A stretch of 56,301 bases of DNA, filler included, from Bipalium vagum (taxonomy: Eukaryota), in NCBI GenBank assembly GCA_037834085.1. It is 3 parts of 3 records of this genome, joined end to end, with 100 filler letters (N's around TTAATTAATTAA, not from the genome) between each part and the next. Parts side by side here need not be neighbours in the genome. Positions count along the whole stretch, not along the records: positions 34,796 to 56,301 come from JBBMKC010236250.1; 2 more parts are not named here. One strand, 5' to 3'. This document shows, one piece after another, positions 38,401 through 51,400 of the stretch; the first letter of the stretch is position 1; each line of letters starts with the position of its first letter. Position numbers and translations under genes: made by a program. Below the pieces are notes generated by a model that saw nothing but the letters and a program-made list of their open reading frames with translations, had not been told where the DNA came from and searched no databases.

Positions 38401-40093
38401 GTTTAATTAACGAACTACGATAAAATTACTTTTGTGAATCTCACAGCTCTTCATTTCGATGATATTTTCTTTGTTCATATGACAGATAAACTGACCTTTG
38501 TATTTTTAATCAATACGTTCTTACAAACATTGAAATATCGATTTCTGTGAAAAATATAAAGAGAAAAATGTGGTTAGTCAATCTTATTTAGGTTGCCTTT
38601 AAAAATTTGGCGATTACGGTCAAAATTTTCATAACACATGCATTTTAGGGTGGTTAACAATGCGCTTTATTTCTTAATACACACCAATTATTATTATGGT
38701 AATAAGAAACTAAATTTTAAAGCTTCAGAGAAATGAATATAATAAATCTTGCATTGATTTTAACATATTAAGTGGTCACTTTAAGGAATATATGATATAT
38801 ACCTCTAAATTATCGATAATTGGATTGTTTTCATTGACGACACATTTGAAACATAAAACCCATTTTCCACTTTCCGATTTAGAAAAATCTGGAATTTCAA
38901 CATTAAATGTCACGCTGATGAGTCCTGTGAGCACACTTGATTCGATATTTGAAATCTTTATCACATACGATCCCTTCTTCAGATAAAAAAATTATTATGA
39001 CAAATAACACAAATTGATTTGAAATAAAATCAATGGTGTAATTTTCAAATAGGCAAAAGTATAGCAATAATAAAATTTAATTAACAAATAAATAAATAAA
39101 TACATAAAAGAAAAAATCACTAAATTATTTCAAAATAAATTTTAAAGATGAAGAAATTTAACAAAAAATAAATAAACTATCAATGGAAAATAAATCAAAA
39201 GAAAAACAAAAATATAAATACAAAAATCTTTAAATGTGAAATGAAAATAAATAAAATAAAGCTATTTTAAAAAATAAAAAATCTGAATTTTAATATCAAG
39301 GAAAATATAGATAACGTAAATAATCAATAGAACCAATGTAAAATAAATTGCCAAAATTCATAATCTTTATGTACAAAAATAAAATAATCAATTCAATAAA
39401 TTTTTTGGAAAAATAAATAAAATTATTATATAAAAATCTGTAAATTTATATGAAAATCATTAGAATTATAAATAAATCAATAGATTATAAAAATTTAAAG
39501 GCACAAATTCAATTTAAAAAATAATATATATTTATTAAAAGAAATCAATAAATTTAACTAGAAATAAAAGTAATTTAAATAATCACGCGTCACACGCCAA
39601 ATCGAAAATACTTACAAAAATATTTTGCAAATCTGTTTCTAAATAAAAATAAAACGAAATTCAAATTGGTAAAAGACAGGATTAAAAGAATAAATTACCA
39701 CAATGGTCGATATTATTATCTTTACTCATTGTAAAATCCAAGTGATTGACAATATCTGACCCAGTGGCATCACGAATGTCGACCATCGTAGCCTGAAAAC
39801 GGTAGCGATGGATAAAAAAGGAAGCATACAGTGACGATACGCAGACACAGACAAATAAATTTCAAAGAGAAAAAACCTAACTGAATTAGAATTGGTAGCC
39901 GATGTCAATGATGATCCATGCACTGAAATCAGCTGAAGAGAACTCTTATTTAGAATATTGCTCGACAAAACGCTCGGATTGTCCATTTGCTCAGTTTCAA
40001 TGACATTTGAATAAATCATCGGTCCTTCGACTACGGTCGATGGAGTCGTATTTTTCAAAGCAAATGTAGTTTCAAGCAAAAGAGGTTTTTCTG
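35479..40093 (-). CDS. Putative uncharacterised multi-exon gene
   Basis: Exon-like, stop-free, less AT-rich blocks with plausible splice sites at ~40093-39882 (S/T-rich), ~38977-38803 and 35674-35479. A full phase-consistent model could not be built. Confidence 0.4.
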
Positions 40094-41994
40094 ACAGAAA
40101 ATTGGAATTAAAAAGAAAATTGTTTTTTCTTGAAAAATGAAGCAAGATTTAAAAAGTGATTTTTTGGTGACAATATGTATTACTTTTTGCAGCGAACCAA
40201 TACTAATTTTGCTCAAATTAAGGAAATAGATAATTTCTTAAACCGAAGACATCCAAATAAATATATTTATGTATTTTTAAAATATTAAAGGATATAAAAA
40301 ATATTAGTAAAACCTTTAAATCAATAGTTAAAATCAATAGTTAAATCAATATTATATTTAATATTGATAATCAATATAAATATTATCACCAATAAATCAT
40401 AATACACCAATAATGATATTGGCAATTTTTTTAACTGAAAAATTAACTTAAATTATTTTATTATTTAAAATTTAAAATTATTTATAAAATCATTTGGTTG
40501 AACAGATGGTAGGTTCAGTTTTTTTGGGGTAAATTTTTTTTAAAGCAGGAAAATTAATGTTTTTGATTCTGAATGATTTTACCAATTTTAAATTTTGTAT
40601 TTGGTTGGTTTTTAATTTGAAGATAAGAAAATTAAATCTACTCTGAAAATTTTTCTAGACCTCTGAATTCAATGTATATTTGGCAATCATAAATCTCAGA
40701 ATATAATTAATTCAATATTGTTCTTCGCAATATACTGGTTTTTTTAAGGAAAAATTTAATTTTTAGAAAATTTTAAGTTTTCCAATATTAAGAAACGAAA
40801 ATCAACATGTTTTCAAAATGATTTATTAACATAAATGATATTGATAAATATTTACGTTTATTCAAAAAATTAATGAAAACCATTAATAATAAGAAATTTA
40901 TTATATATTATTAATTTTTTTAAAAATGTTTTATCCTTGAAGTACCAATTCATCAATAATCATGATTCGATTTAAAATGAAAAGTTCTAGAAATTCACTC
41001 AAATATTAAACTCGATTTTTTGAAAAATCTAAACATGCACATAATTCTAACAAAAATTGCAGACAAATCATTGATGAATTCCACTGTAACCATGGAATAT
41101 TAATGTCAGAAAAGCTTGTGGTAAATAATGACCTTTTTATATTTCTCTTTCGTCTTTAGTTTCTGGTTATTTCAATTTTTGACACGAAAAAAATAAAATA
41201 ATCAACAAAATTGGAATTAATCAAAATGATCCGAACACATTGGACAGTGACAAAGATGAATGGTTTAGAAATTAAAAAGAATAATCCTATAAAAATAACG
41301 ATAAATAATGTTTAAGTTTAATTTTATCGGAATCAATATATGTTCAGACGAGAATTATTATTAATAAATGAAAACTAAGCATATATTTGGCTTTTGTGTA
41401 ATTACCAAAAAAGATAATGTATTTCCGAAAAGAGGTTTTTGAGTACGTTTTTTAATAGTTTGCCACCACTTTATTTTAAAATTAAGTATTTAACTACCAA
41501 CAGAATATCAATAATTTAACAAAATAAGATAATTTTTATTTAAAGAAAATGAATTAACAGATTGTTTTTAAATTAAATGAAAGAGAAAATCAAAGTTAAA
41601 AGAAAAACCATAATAAAAAACACTGAAAAGTCAAAAAAGAATTTGATAGAAAAATGCTTTCACATATTTTTATCTCCAACTAAACTTATAAATACAATCT
41701 GGTTTTTGTGGTTTTGAAAAAGAAAATCTTGTTTTAAATTGCTCAAATTTCAGATCAATAAAATTTGAAGATTTACAAAAAAAACAAAAAATCGACTTAT
41801 TTATTTTTATTAAAATTAAATTTAAAAATATCTATAATTCATAATATAATAGTGACAGAATCGTAAAAATAAATTGTATTAATAATATCAATAATTTTTT
41901 TTAAAAATTTATTTGGTACTATTGATTTTTATTGATTTTGAAATCGACTATATTAAATGAAAATACAAAAAATTGATAGAAAACTAAATATTTT

Positions 41995-44758
41995 TCAATT
42001 ACCGTTTTCCAGAGATTCCGTTTCGACGATCAGCACCGTCTCCTGTGCCACAGACTTGTTCTGCTTTCCATCGACATGGAAACAAGTATTGTTATCGGTA
42101 CTGATGACTGCATTGTAGTCTTTGTGGGAATTGTCTCGATAAACACTCATTTCTTTGTCCAATGATCGTTTGGCTTTGGTCCACATTCCTTTGTATTGAC
42201 TAATAATAGTAAAACTATTCATAATGCCTAAAATTATCGAAATTAAACTATTTATTCGATTAAATGGTTATAACATGAAAAACAAAACATAATGGACTTC
42301 AAATACTAGGTGAAACTAAAATAGTTTTTATGGACTTTTAGTGAATCAAATCTTGTGTCTCTTGTTATGCTAAAACCATAAAATGAAAAAAACAAAAATA
42401 TTTTGGAAATATTCTTAACTTCAAAAAGAAAGATTGTTTATTTTTGAACTTTTCATCCTTTTAAACTAAAATGAAAAATAATTATGATATCGATCAAATA
42501 ATGTAATATTCAGAATTGGTATTGATCAAAATATTTTACAGTCAATAAATTATATTTGTTATCAAATTTATTTTTATAATGGAAAAGATTATAGAAAGAC
42601 TAATTTAGCTTTTTTTTTAATATTTCCTCTTTGTTAATGAATTTTTTTTCATTTAAACAATATTTTGAGTTAAAAATCTCGAAAAATTCCCACTCATCTT
42701 TAGCACAAACCTTCATCCTGGTCGTCACCTGACTCCATTTCACCTTCTGAGATTTTAGCCGTTTTATTTGCTACTAACGAGTCCAAAATATCTCTCCATC
42801 GTCGACCCAGTAAATGTTTGACGAGACATTGCATTTGTAATTTGATACTGAGAAACAATTTGTCCAATTGGGCACCGATTGTGCTTTTGTCCTGTATTTT
42901 TGGGTTATCATAAACTCGAGACAATTTGTCTTCATATTCCAATCTCTTGATGAAGAATAGTCCAAAAAACGAAAATCAATCGATAATCTAAATTGATTTT
43001 TACCAGATTTTGAATCAGATCGGGAATATCTTGATCTTCCGCTTTATAAATGTCCAAATCGAACTCGAGAGATTCTCCATCATCCAATCCGAGTTCTTGG
43101 AGCATTCTTTTGTCCCGAAACCGTAACCGGAGATTAATTTTCGTACAATTGGGAATATTGGCAATGAATCGATCGATAACTTCCGTTCGATCAGAGATAT
43201 TGTCGTAATTCAATTCCACTTCGACCGGAAGACCTTTGGACTAAAAACAGAGAGAAAATTGAAATTTCTGACATTTCAACACAACAGACATACCTGGAAA
43301 ATTGGATGAAAATACAACTCTTCGGCCGTCGGTCGAAAACACGATAACGGATGAATACAAGAATTGATTATCTCTCGCAACCACTTATCACTGACCATCT
43401 CAATGACTTTAGGTCCTTTGCCGCTCAACGTTTTGGCTGCTACCTGGACAATGGTGTCACACTCATCGAAGGGAGTTCGATTTGTCATCACCTCCAACAT
43501 TAGCATGCCGAACGCGTAAATATCCACGCTCTCATCGTACTTTTCATCGAATATTTCCGGAGCCATAAAACCCAATGTCCCTGTTACCATGGCAACATTT
43601 GAAAAAAAATAATTAAATTAAGTAAAAACCCAATAAAAAATCAATAATACCCAGCATCGTTTTACGACCGCTCGTATGGACATGAGTGGCCAGACCAAAA
43701 TCGCCAACTTTAACGTTGAGGTATTCATCGTCGGTCTGACCGTACAGAAAGCAATTATCAGCTTTCAGATCGCGATGGATGATTGGAGGATCGCACTTTT
43801 GGTGCATGTAACGCAAAGCGTCTAATATTTGGTGCCACCAGCGGGTGATCAAAGGGAACTTTAGAATGCAATGGCCTTCCAAAAAATTTTTTTTAATAAT
43901 ATTCTTTAACGTACCTTCGCCCATCAATTCCTGGATAATTACAATTCCCTTTTCATCGATAATTGTAATGGAATCCTCATAAACATGCCATTCTCGCAAC
44001 ACGTCGAAACAGCGGACTATGTGCAAATGATTCATTTTTAACATAATTTCCGTTTCTCTAAACATGGACTGCCGTTTTTCTTTTGTATCAACGTGTTCAC
44101 GCTTAAATTCACACCAAGCTACATTTTTAGCTTCATCAACATCGTAACCTCTGTAAACAAATTTATATCCACCTTCTCCAATTTTTATATTAAATTTTAC
44201 CCAGCGACCGCATTTCGATTTTGCGATGGCCTTATGTTTAGCTTCCTGTTCAATCTGGTACTTTTTCAACATCTCCTCTTCCTTTTTTTTCTCACGTTCT
44301 TTTTTCCTTTCTTCTTTCGTCTTTTTTTTATCTTGAATGCTGGTATTTATATTATGTAATGAATAAACATCATTTGTATAATAAGTATTGCAGCTAACAT
44401 GTCTCTGTTTATTGTTGTTCATTAATTCCTCAAACTCAAACTCGTTGATTTTAGATATATCAATGATGCTATCAATATTGTTCAAAAATTCTTCCATTGA
44501 AAATTTTTGATCCGGAGAAGTGGATCTATCACAGTATTTAAATTCTTTGGGCGATTTTTGTAAGAAAGCAGCTTTACTTTCTAAGATATTCACATCATTT
44601 TCTTCGTCGCTTAATTTCGTTATGCAGTTTTTATCACTTGAATTATCAATAATAGACACATCATCATAAATTGATACATTCTTTTTGTTTAATTTATTTT
44701 CCGACTTTTTAAGTATTGATTTTCTACTATCATTATCTGTTTCATTATCAGAAAGCAT
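41995..44758 (-). CDS. WNK: WNK-family Ser/Thr kinase, compact (699 aa), atypical DFG motif
   Basis: Exons 44758-43651, 43580-43294, 43240-43004, 42945-42711 and 42227-41995 sum to 2100 nt in frame. GRWVKFNIKIGEGGYK (catalytic K in subdomain I), VAWCE (C in place of the subdomain II K), PPIIHRDLK, FMAPE, YDESVDIYAFG, then a PF2/CCT-like domain (INLRLRF..ESLEFDLD). Confidence 0.95.
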
Positions 44759-45881
44759 TCGATCAATATAACAATAAATGTAAAATCACAATATTTTTAA
44801 TTATATTTATTTAGTAAATCATTTAAAACACTTAAACAAATTTATTAAAATCATGTTCAATTAAAGATCCATAATTATTTATATTTATTAATTTATTATT
44901 ACTAATAAATTAACCTAGAAAAAAGTTACATTTACATTTATAAAATTATTTAATATATTTACAAAATGTTTTAGCCAAAAATTAATTTCATACAAAAAAT
45001 TTTAAATAAAAAAACTTAAATATGAATCAGAAAATTTCAGAAAATACATTAGAATGACTAAAAGTTTGTAGACTAATAGTTATTTGTTAGATAAACAATT
45101 AGACAATTGATTAATTAATAAATTATTATAATCAAGCAGGAGATCCAAATATTCAATCAATTCTAATAAAAAGAATAGATCAAACAGTAATGAAATATGA
45201 TGTAAAATATATTTTAAAATATTTTAAGGACAGACATGTTTCTCATATAAAATGATAATGAAGAGCAATATTCAAAATTAAACTTCAAAATAAAGACTAA
45301 AACGAGCTATAATAAAATTAACTGTGAAGAGTAAGATTGCTTTTGTTTATATTTTAAAACTCAGAAGCTTATTCTCAAAATAAGAGACATTTTAGCAAAA
45401 GAGCTTCATAAAGAGTTTAAAAGAAAGAGAATTTTTAAAAGTAAAAGAATTTAACAAAAATGCTATTTGGAGTTCAGGTATAACTTTTGTAAATAATTAA
45501 AAATCCATCAGTCACGAAGTGAAAGATGAAAAAGACTCACAAGACCTTCTGAACCAAAGAAAATCTACCAAATTATTCTAACAGTTTTAGATTTATAAGG
45601 CTGTATATATGTAAAGATTAAGTCAATATGTTATGAAACGAAGAGCATCTACGAATCAAGGAAAAATTGTAAAAAAAAAAAGAAGCATTCAATTTTGACT
45701 TCAGATGTTTAAATTGAATTTTTGCTTTATTCCTTTTTTTTTAATTTAAATTTTAATTGTTTTAATGTTTTATTTTAACATTTCCAGGAACAAAGTGACA
45801 TTATATTATTTTGTGATCCAATAAATTTTTATGTATTATATCATTAGAGTGGCAATACATAAATTTATAATTTATAAGATA

Positions 45882-46056
45882 CAGTCGGCGCTCAGTTATT
45901 TGAACTCGTGGGGATTTCAAAAAAGTTTAAATAACTCAATTATTGAAATAACTCAATTACAAATAAAATTTATTTTAAAACAAATCCATGATCTTCCAGC
46001 TTTTTTTCAAAAATTTATTCAAATAACTGAAAGTTCAAATAACTGAGCGCCGACTG
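45882..46056. mobile_element. 175-bp MITE (Tc1/pogo superfamily)
   Basis: Perfect 25-bp TIRs CAGTCGGCGCTCAGTTATTTGAACT, TA target duplication, internal AAATAACT repeats. Confidence 0.95.
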
Positions 46057-46164
46057 TATACGGTTTTGCAATGAAAGGAATGTATATATTGAATTATTCG
46101 AAAATTAGGAATTTGGATCCCACATGAATTGACAGAAAAATGCATTGGACTGCGAAAAACAATT

Positions 46165-46867
46165 TGTCAGCTTTCTCACTGAATACCCTAAAATATGAAT
46201 CAAAACATTTACAATAACAATTTATTCACTCTATCACAACAATTACAAATCAAAATCAATTTATAAATCAAATCAAAATCGTAAATCTATCAATGTCTAA
46301 AATGAAATAAAATCAAGTCAAATGGCAATGTTAATAATAAAGAAAAATATAATCAAATCAATAATCGATAATAATTATTAAGTAACAAAAACAGAAACAA
46401 AGTAATGTAAATGGATTTGTCTCACCGTGAGTGACAACAGGTCCCTGGGTCGTCCACTAGGCCCTTTTCAGGTCACCTAGGGAGTCCAAAACTCGACGGA
46501 ACCTTTTGTAAAATTCTTTTTCCGTATCTGTCATAATTTTCCGGGTTTATAATCCTGTTGAATACCTCTATTGAATAATCTCCTCGAATGTCTCTGAATA
46601 ATCCTCTTAAATCCTTCTAACGAATAATCTCCTGTGTCGTGTTGTTTTAAAAATTTCTTTTTAAATATTTTTTGGGGCATTTTTACGATCACCAAACCCT
46701 ACGCTTAGAGACGGCTATTTTTTTTATAATAGCCATCAACTCTATCTCCACGCTGAGGTAGATTCAGATCAATGCTAATGGAAACCTGCAGTTCACTCGA
46801 GAACGACTGTCGGAGAATCCATTATCTTAATGTGTCAAAATCCCCACGGCGAGATTTTGATAAGGTT
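46165..46867. repeat. LTR-like/unknown interspersed repeat running into the gap
   Basis: Begins TGTCAG, strong strand skew, repeated GAATAATC(T)CCT motifs at ~46560-46635, GC-richer non-coding patches. Confidence 0.3.
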
Positions 46868-47018
46868 NNNNNNNNNNNNNNNNNNNNNNNNNNNNNNNNN
46901 NNNNNNNNNNNNNNNNNNNNNNNNNNNNNNNNNNNNNNNNNNNNNNNNNNNNNNNNNNNNNNNNNNNNNNNNNNNNNNNNNNNNNNNNNNNNNNNNNNNN
47001 NNNNNNNNNNNNNNNNNN
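46868..47018. other. Assembly gap (151 N, no linker)
   Basis: Read directly from the sequence. Confidence 0.98.
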
Positions 47019-50000
47019 ATGTAAAAAAAAGTGTCAAGTCAAAAGAGAGAATTTGAAAAGTTGAACAAATTTTTTAAGAAAAATTTTGAGAATGAAGATG
47101 AAAATGAGACAGTAACGCTGAATAGTTTTAAAGAACAGAGTATTAAATATAATGTGATGAAAGGAAGGTCAAGTATAACTCTTAATATACATCGACGCGA
47201 AATGGAATGCTTGCTGGATACTGGAGCTAGAATAAATGTAATGAGTCGGAATATATTTCTAGAATTAGGCAAAAGTAGAAATACAAAGATGCACAGAGAC
47301 TATAAAGACTGCGAATAGTGAAATGAATGTGGTAGGAAAGATCACAGTTGATGTTTATATTGGAGATAGAGCTGAGTCAATGTCATTCATAATTGTAGAG
47401 AAGGTTTCACCAGAGTTGATTGGAGGAACAGAATTTTTGACAAAGTTCAGATTTATAATTAATGAAGATTCCGGTGGAAATGGAGGTCTCACAGGTATGC
47501 AACATTGAGACCACGTTTGGAAGAGTTGTTAAAAATGAAGAGCGCCTGCTGAGAGCAAAGAAGATATTAGTCACCGTCGAAGACAAGAAGCTCTTGGAAG
47601 CGATAGAAAAAAATAAAGAAGCATTTATGGCAGATCCGTGAGATATTGGATATACAAAAATGATGAAGCATGAGATCAAAACTATTAGAGAACCAATTTC
47701 CACGCAACAGTGGACACAGCCGATGCATCTAGAAGAGAAAATCGATGAAGCAATAAAGAATTTATTTAAGAACGGAATAATAAGAAAATACAACTCACCA
47801 TGGAACACTCCACTACTTTGCGTATGGAAAAAAGAAAGAAAAGATGTCAGATTACGACTAGACTTTAGAAAGCTGAATCAGGTGACTGAATGTCAGGTTT
47901 TTCCGATGCCAAATATAGAGGATTTATAGAATGGATTAGAAGAAGCGAATTATTTTAGCACAACTGAATTGGCTAATGCATAATACCAAGTTGAATTGAC
48001 GACAGATTCACAGGATATAAGAGCTTTTGCTTTTGGAATTTCCGCTGCTCCGAGTACTTTCCAAGAGCTAATGACTAAGGTTTAAGGAAATTTAAAGAAT
48101 ACGATGGTTTATTTAGATGATATCATGATTCATATAAAGGATATAGAACATCATTCTACGCGATATTAAATGAAGTGCTAAAGAGGATAAAAGAACAGAA
48201 TTATGAGTAAATCCAGAGAAGTGCTTTATATTAAGAACAGAAGTCAAATTTCTGGGCCAAATAATTGACAAACAAGGAATCAAGACAGACCCTGCGAAAA
48301 TTGAGACAATCAGAATCTTCAAGAAGCCAATATGTGTAAAAACTTAAAAAATCTTTCTAGGCATTTGTAATTACTATCGAAAATTTATCAATGGCATTGC
48401 AAAAAAACAAGAGTGTTAAAAAAATTGTGTAAGAAGAACAATGAGAAATTAATATAAACAGAAGCATGCACTGTAGCCTTCCAGGAATTGAAAGAGTCGG
48501 TAACAAAAACACCAGTGTTGTCTTTTTCAGACATTACAAGAACGTTTATATTAAACACTAACGACAATTTTGAAGCGACTAGAGCAGTGATGTCAAAGAG
48601 AGATTATAATGCTGGGACTGAAAAAGTTATTAAGTATACAGCTTATTTATACTATATGAAACACCTGAAAGAGACAGTAACAGAAGTTATAAAACCATGC
48701 GAAGAATCTTTTAGAAGAATAAAGTGGTCACAACAAAAACGAAAGAAGCTACAATAAAATTATCAGCAGATAAGCCATTAGAAAAGATATATATATAGAC
48801 ATTTTCGGAGCGTTAAAAGAAACATTTTGAGAAAACGATACATACTAGCTATTAAAGATCAGTATGTGGAGACTCTAGTCAAGCCAGACAATCCAAACAA
48901 ACCAAGATGGCCACCAAGAGCAGCCAATTCAAGACGCAACAACCAAAGACTGATAAAAACAGTAACATTTTAGTTGTGATCCTTTTTCTTTTTGAACAAT
49001 ACATTGTGTGATCCTTACTCCTTTCGAACAATGAATCAACACTTTAATTATGTATTTTGTGATTTCTTTGAAATGATAACGTGTTTTAATTTGATATTTT
49101 CAGTGTAGATATGGTTATAAAGTTTTAGTTATAAAAATATATGTATTAAAAAATTGTAAGTCGTCCTTGATTGATCCTTGATTGAAAAATAAATAATAAA
49201 ATGATATATAAAAAGAATGAAATATCATGTTAAATAGTATTTGTACTGTTGTATGGATAATAAAATAATATATAAAAATAATTTGAAATATCATGCGTAA
49301 TAATATATAAAAATTATTATTAACAGTTGTATTATTTATATTATTATATAAATTTAGTAAAATATTTGGAAATTTTTGTAAATTTAAAGAAATTTATAGT
49401 AAGGTAACATAAGGTTACTAAAAATAAAAAATAAGTGAAATTTTTATAATAAGAATTAAAGGAATAATAAAAATAATAATAAGAGTGGACAGAAGAATTA
49501 TAATAAGAAAAAGGAAGTTGTTATTTATAAAAAATAAGATAAAAATTACAGTATAGAAAGGGAACGAAAAAACATAGACGGCAGAAAGAAAAAGAAAAGA
49601 CAGCAATAATCCCACAGTAAAGTGCTCAATACTACGATTTCAACAGTTACAAAAATTTACTAAATCATAAAACGCCTATCAAAATCTACCACATTATAAA
49701 ATTAGAGTGAAGAACGTACAACAACCAAGCCCACTTCAATTATATCGAGAAACCAAGGAGATCCCACGCAGTCTATTCAGTTATATATAAAGGTGCTAGA
49801 AGAAACAAAAAATAAAAATAAAATAAAAATTTGACAAACGTATATGCTCTTCTGATTTTTCTTGAAAAGTAATTTTTAGTTCATTTTATTTTAACATTTT
49901 ATTTAGCAACTTGTTACACTCGTGTGACACTTTTATATATGTATTAATAATAAATTAAATTATTATTTATTTATTTTCTCAACTTGTTACACTCGAGTAA

Positions 50001-51400
50001 CAAAGTTTATTATAAAAAAATATATTATTCCCAATAATAGAAATAATAATAACTAGCTTGAAACCAAAGGTTATCAAGACTAGGTCGATTTTTAATAATA
50101 TATAAAATTCTTAAATTCTATTCAGAATCGATTTATTATAATTCCATAGAATTATAAAGAAATTTGATTTTGATTTGATATTTCATTTCATATATTCTTC
50201 TATTAATTAAAACAGGCGAGTCTTGTTAGACAAGACACCGTTTGTTTATAGTAAATAAATAAATAATCATGCCAGGACCTGAGGATTATCTAATTTTTTC
50301 ACTTTTACGTTCCTTTTACCTTTTTCTTTTTTCTTTTGTTATTTCACACACTAAGTAGGGCGATGAGATACATTTTTCTTCTTTAATCGAGGACCTCTGA
50401 GCGTAAGAGCGAGAGGATTTTTCTTAATAACAAATATAATTAATAAAATATTTTTCAATCAATCAAGGTCGATATCACACGTTTGTAAATTTAAACTTTA
50501 TTATAATAAAAATAAAAGTATTAAAAGTCAAATCGTTCTCTTAATCATTTTAACGAATATAAACGAACAGATAAACAAGCAACCTTCACACGTTAAGGCC
50601 TAAATACAGTAAACTTCACTTTTAAAATCTACCCATCTTTTAGGATCTTAACAAGTATATCAGGTACATTTCATTAACACCGATAATGAAACAAGATGAG
50701 GAAACAATAAGAAGAGTAATAATGGAAATTTGGATCTATAAATATGGGGAACCAAAGGAAATTCATGCAGACTGTGGAAAAGTCTTTGAATCTAGAGTTT
50801 TTAAGATACTAGTCAAACAAAGTAATGCAAAACTTTATTTGTCCAGTCCGTATCACCATAACACCAACAAGATAATAAAACAGCCATTCCGAACAATACG
50901 TGACTTCATGAATACTACTATGACTGAGAGAAGAAACAATGATTGGGAATTTTTTTTAGCAGGAATTGAGTTTGACTTAAACGCAAAATTTCAGAAAACA
51001 TTAGGATGCAGCCCAGCTGAAATCATATTTGGAAGAAAATTTTTACAGAGAGGCTTGGGCCAGTAATAAGATATCAGAAAGGTAGAAAAAGAAAACGTTC
51101 AAGAAAGACCAAGCAAAGCAACAACAAGAGGAAAGTTCGAACTTGGGAATCAAGACATGTAAAGGCCGACGGTAGAACTAAAGAGAAAGAAAGATATGAG
51201 GGTCCACATACGGTGAACAGAAATATTCACCAAAGAAGATAAGCATTAAAAGATAGAGAAGAAAAAACAATTGTAAGGAATGTTGAAAAAATTAAAATAT
51301 TCTTGAGAAAGGGGGATGTGAGTATTTAAACTGATTTCTAATTTTTAAATTTTAATACTGTGCCTAATTAAAATTTTTAATGAATTAATTTTAATTTTCA
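47019..51400 (+). mobile_element. Decayed Ty3/Gypsy LTR retrotransposon (PR-RT-RH-IN) with polypurine tract and start of the 3' LTR
   Basis: LLDTGARINV (protease); SPWNTPL..LDFRKLN..PMPNIED and VYLDDI (RT); RNase H remnant FILNTND; integrase IYID, IHADCGKVFES and SSPYHH. PPT GAGAAAGGGGGA is followed by TGTG at 51317. Confidence 0.93.
48865..50653. mobile_element. 1789-bp solo-LTR-like insertion inside the Gypsy integrase
   Basis: TG...CA termini with an AGTA target-site duplication (48861-48864 and 50654-50657). Removing it restores the frame AIKDQYIRYISLTPIMKQDE. Confidence 0.85.

Noticed and set aside
38915-38960. CTGATGAGTCC, resembling a hammerhead core start
   Set aside because: No closing stem II followed by GAAA; it lies antisense to a probable exon.
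45831-46046. 71-aa ORF
   Set aside because: Spurious frame through the MITE.
46772-47056. ORFs containing runs of X
   Set aside because: Artefacts of reading through the N gap.
49418-49615. 65-aa highly hydrophobic ORF
   Set aside because: Reverse translation of an A-rich tract in the solo-LTR-like insert.
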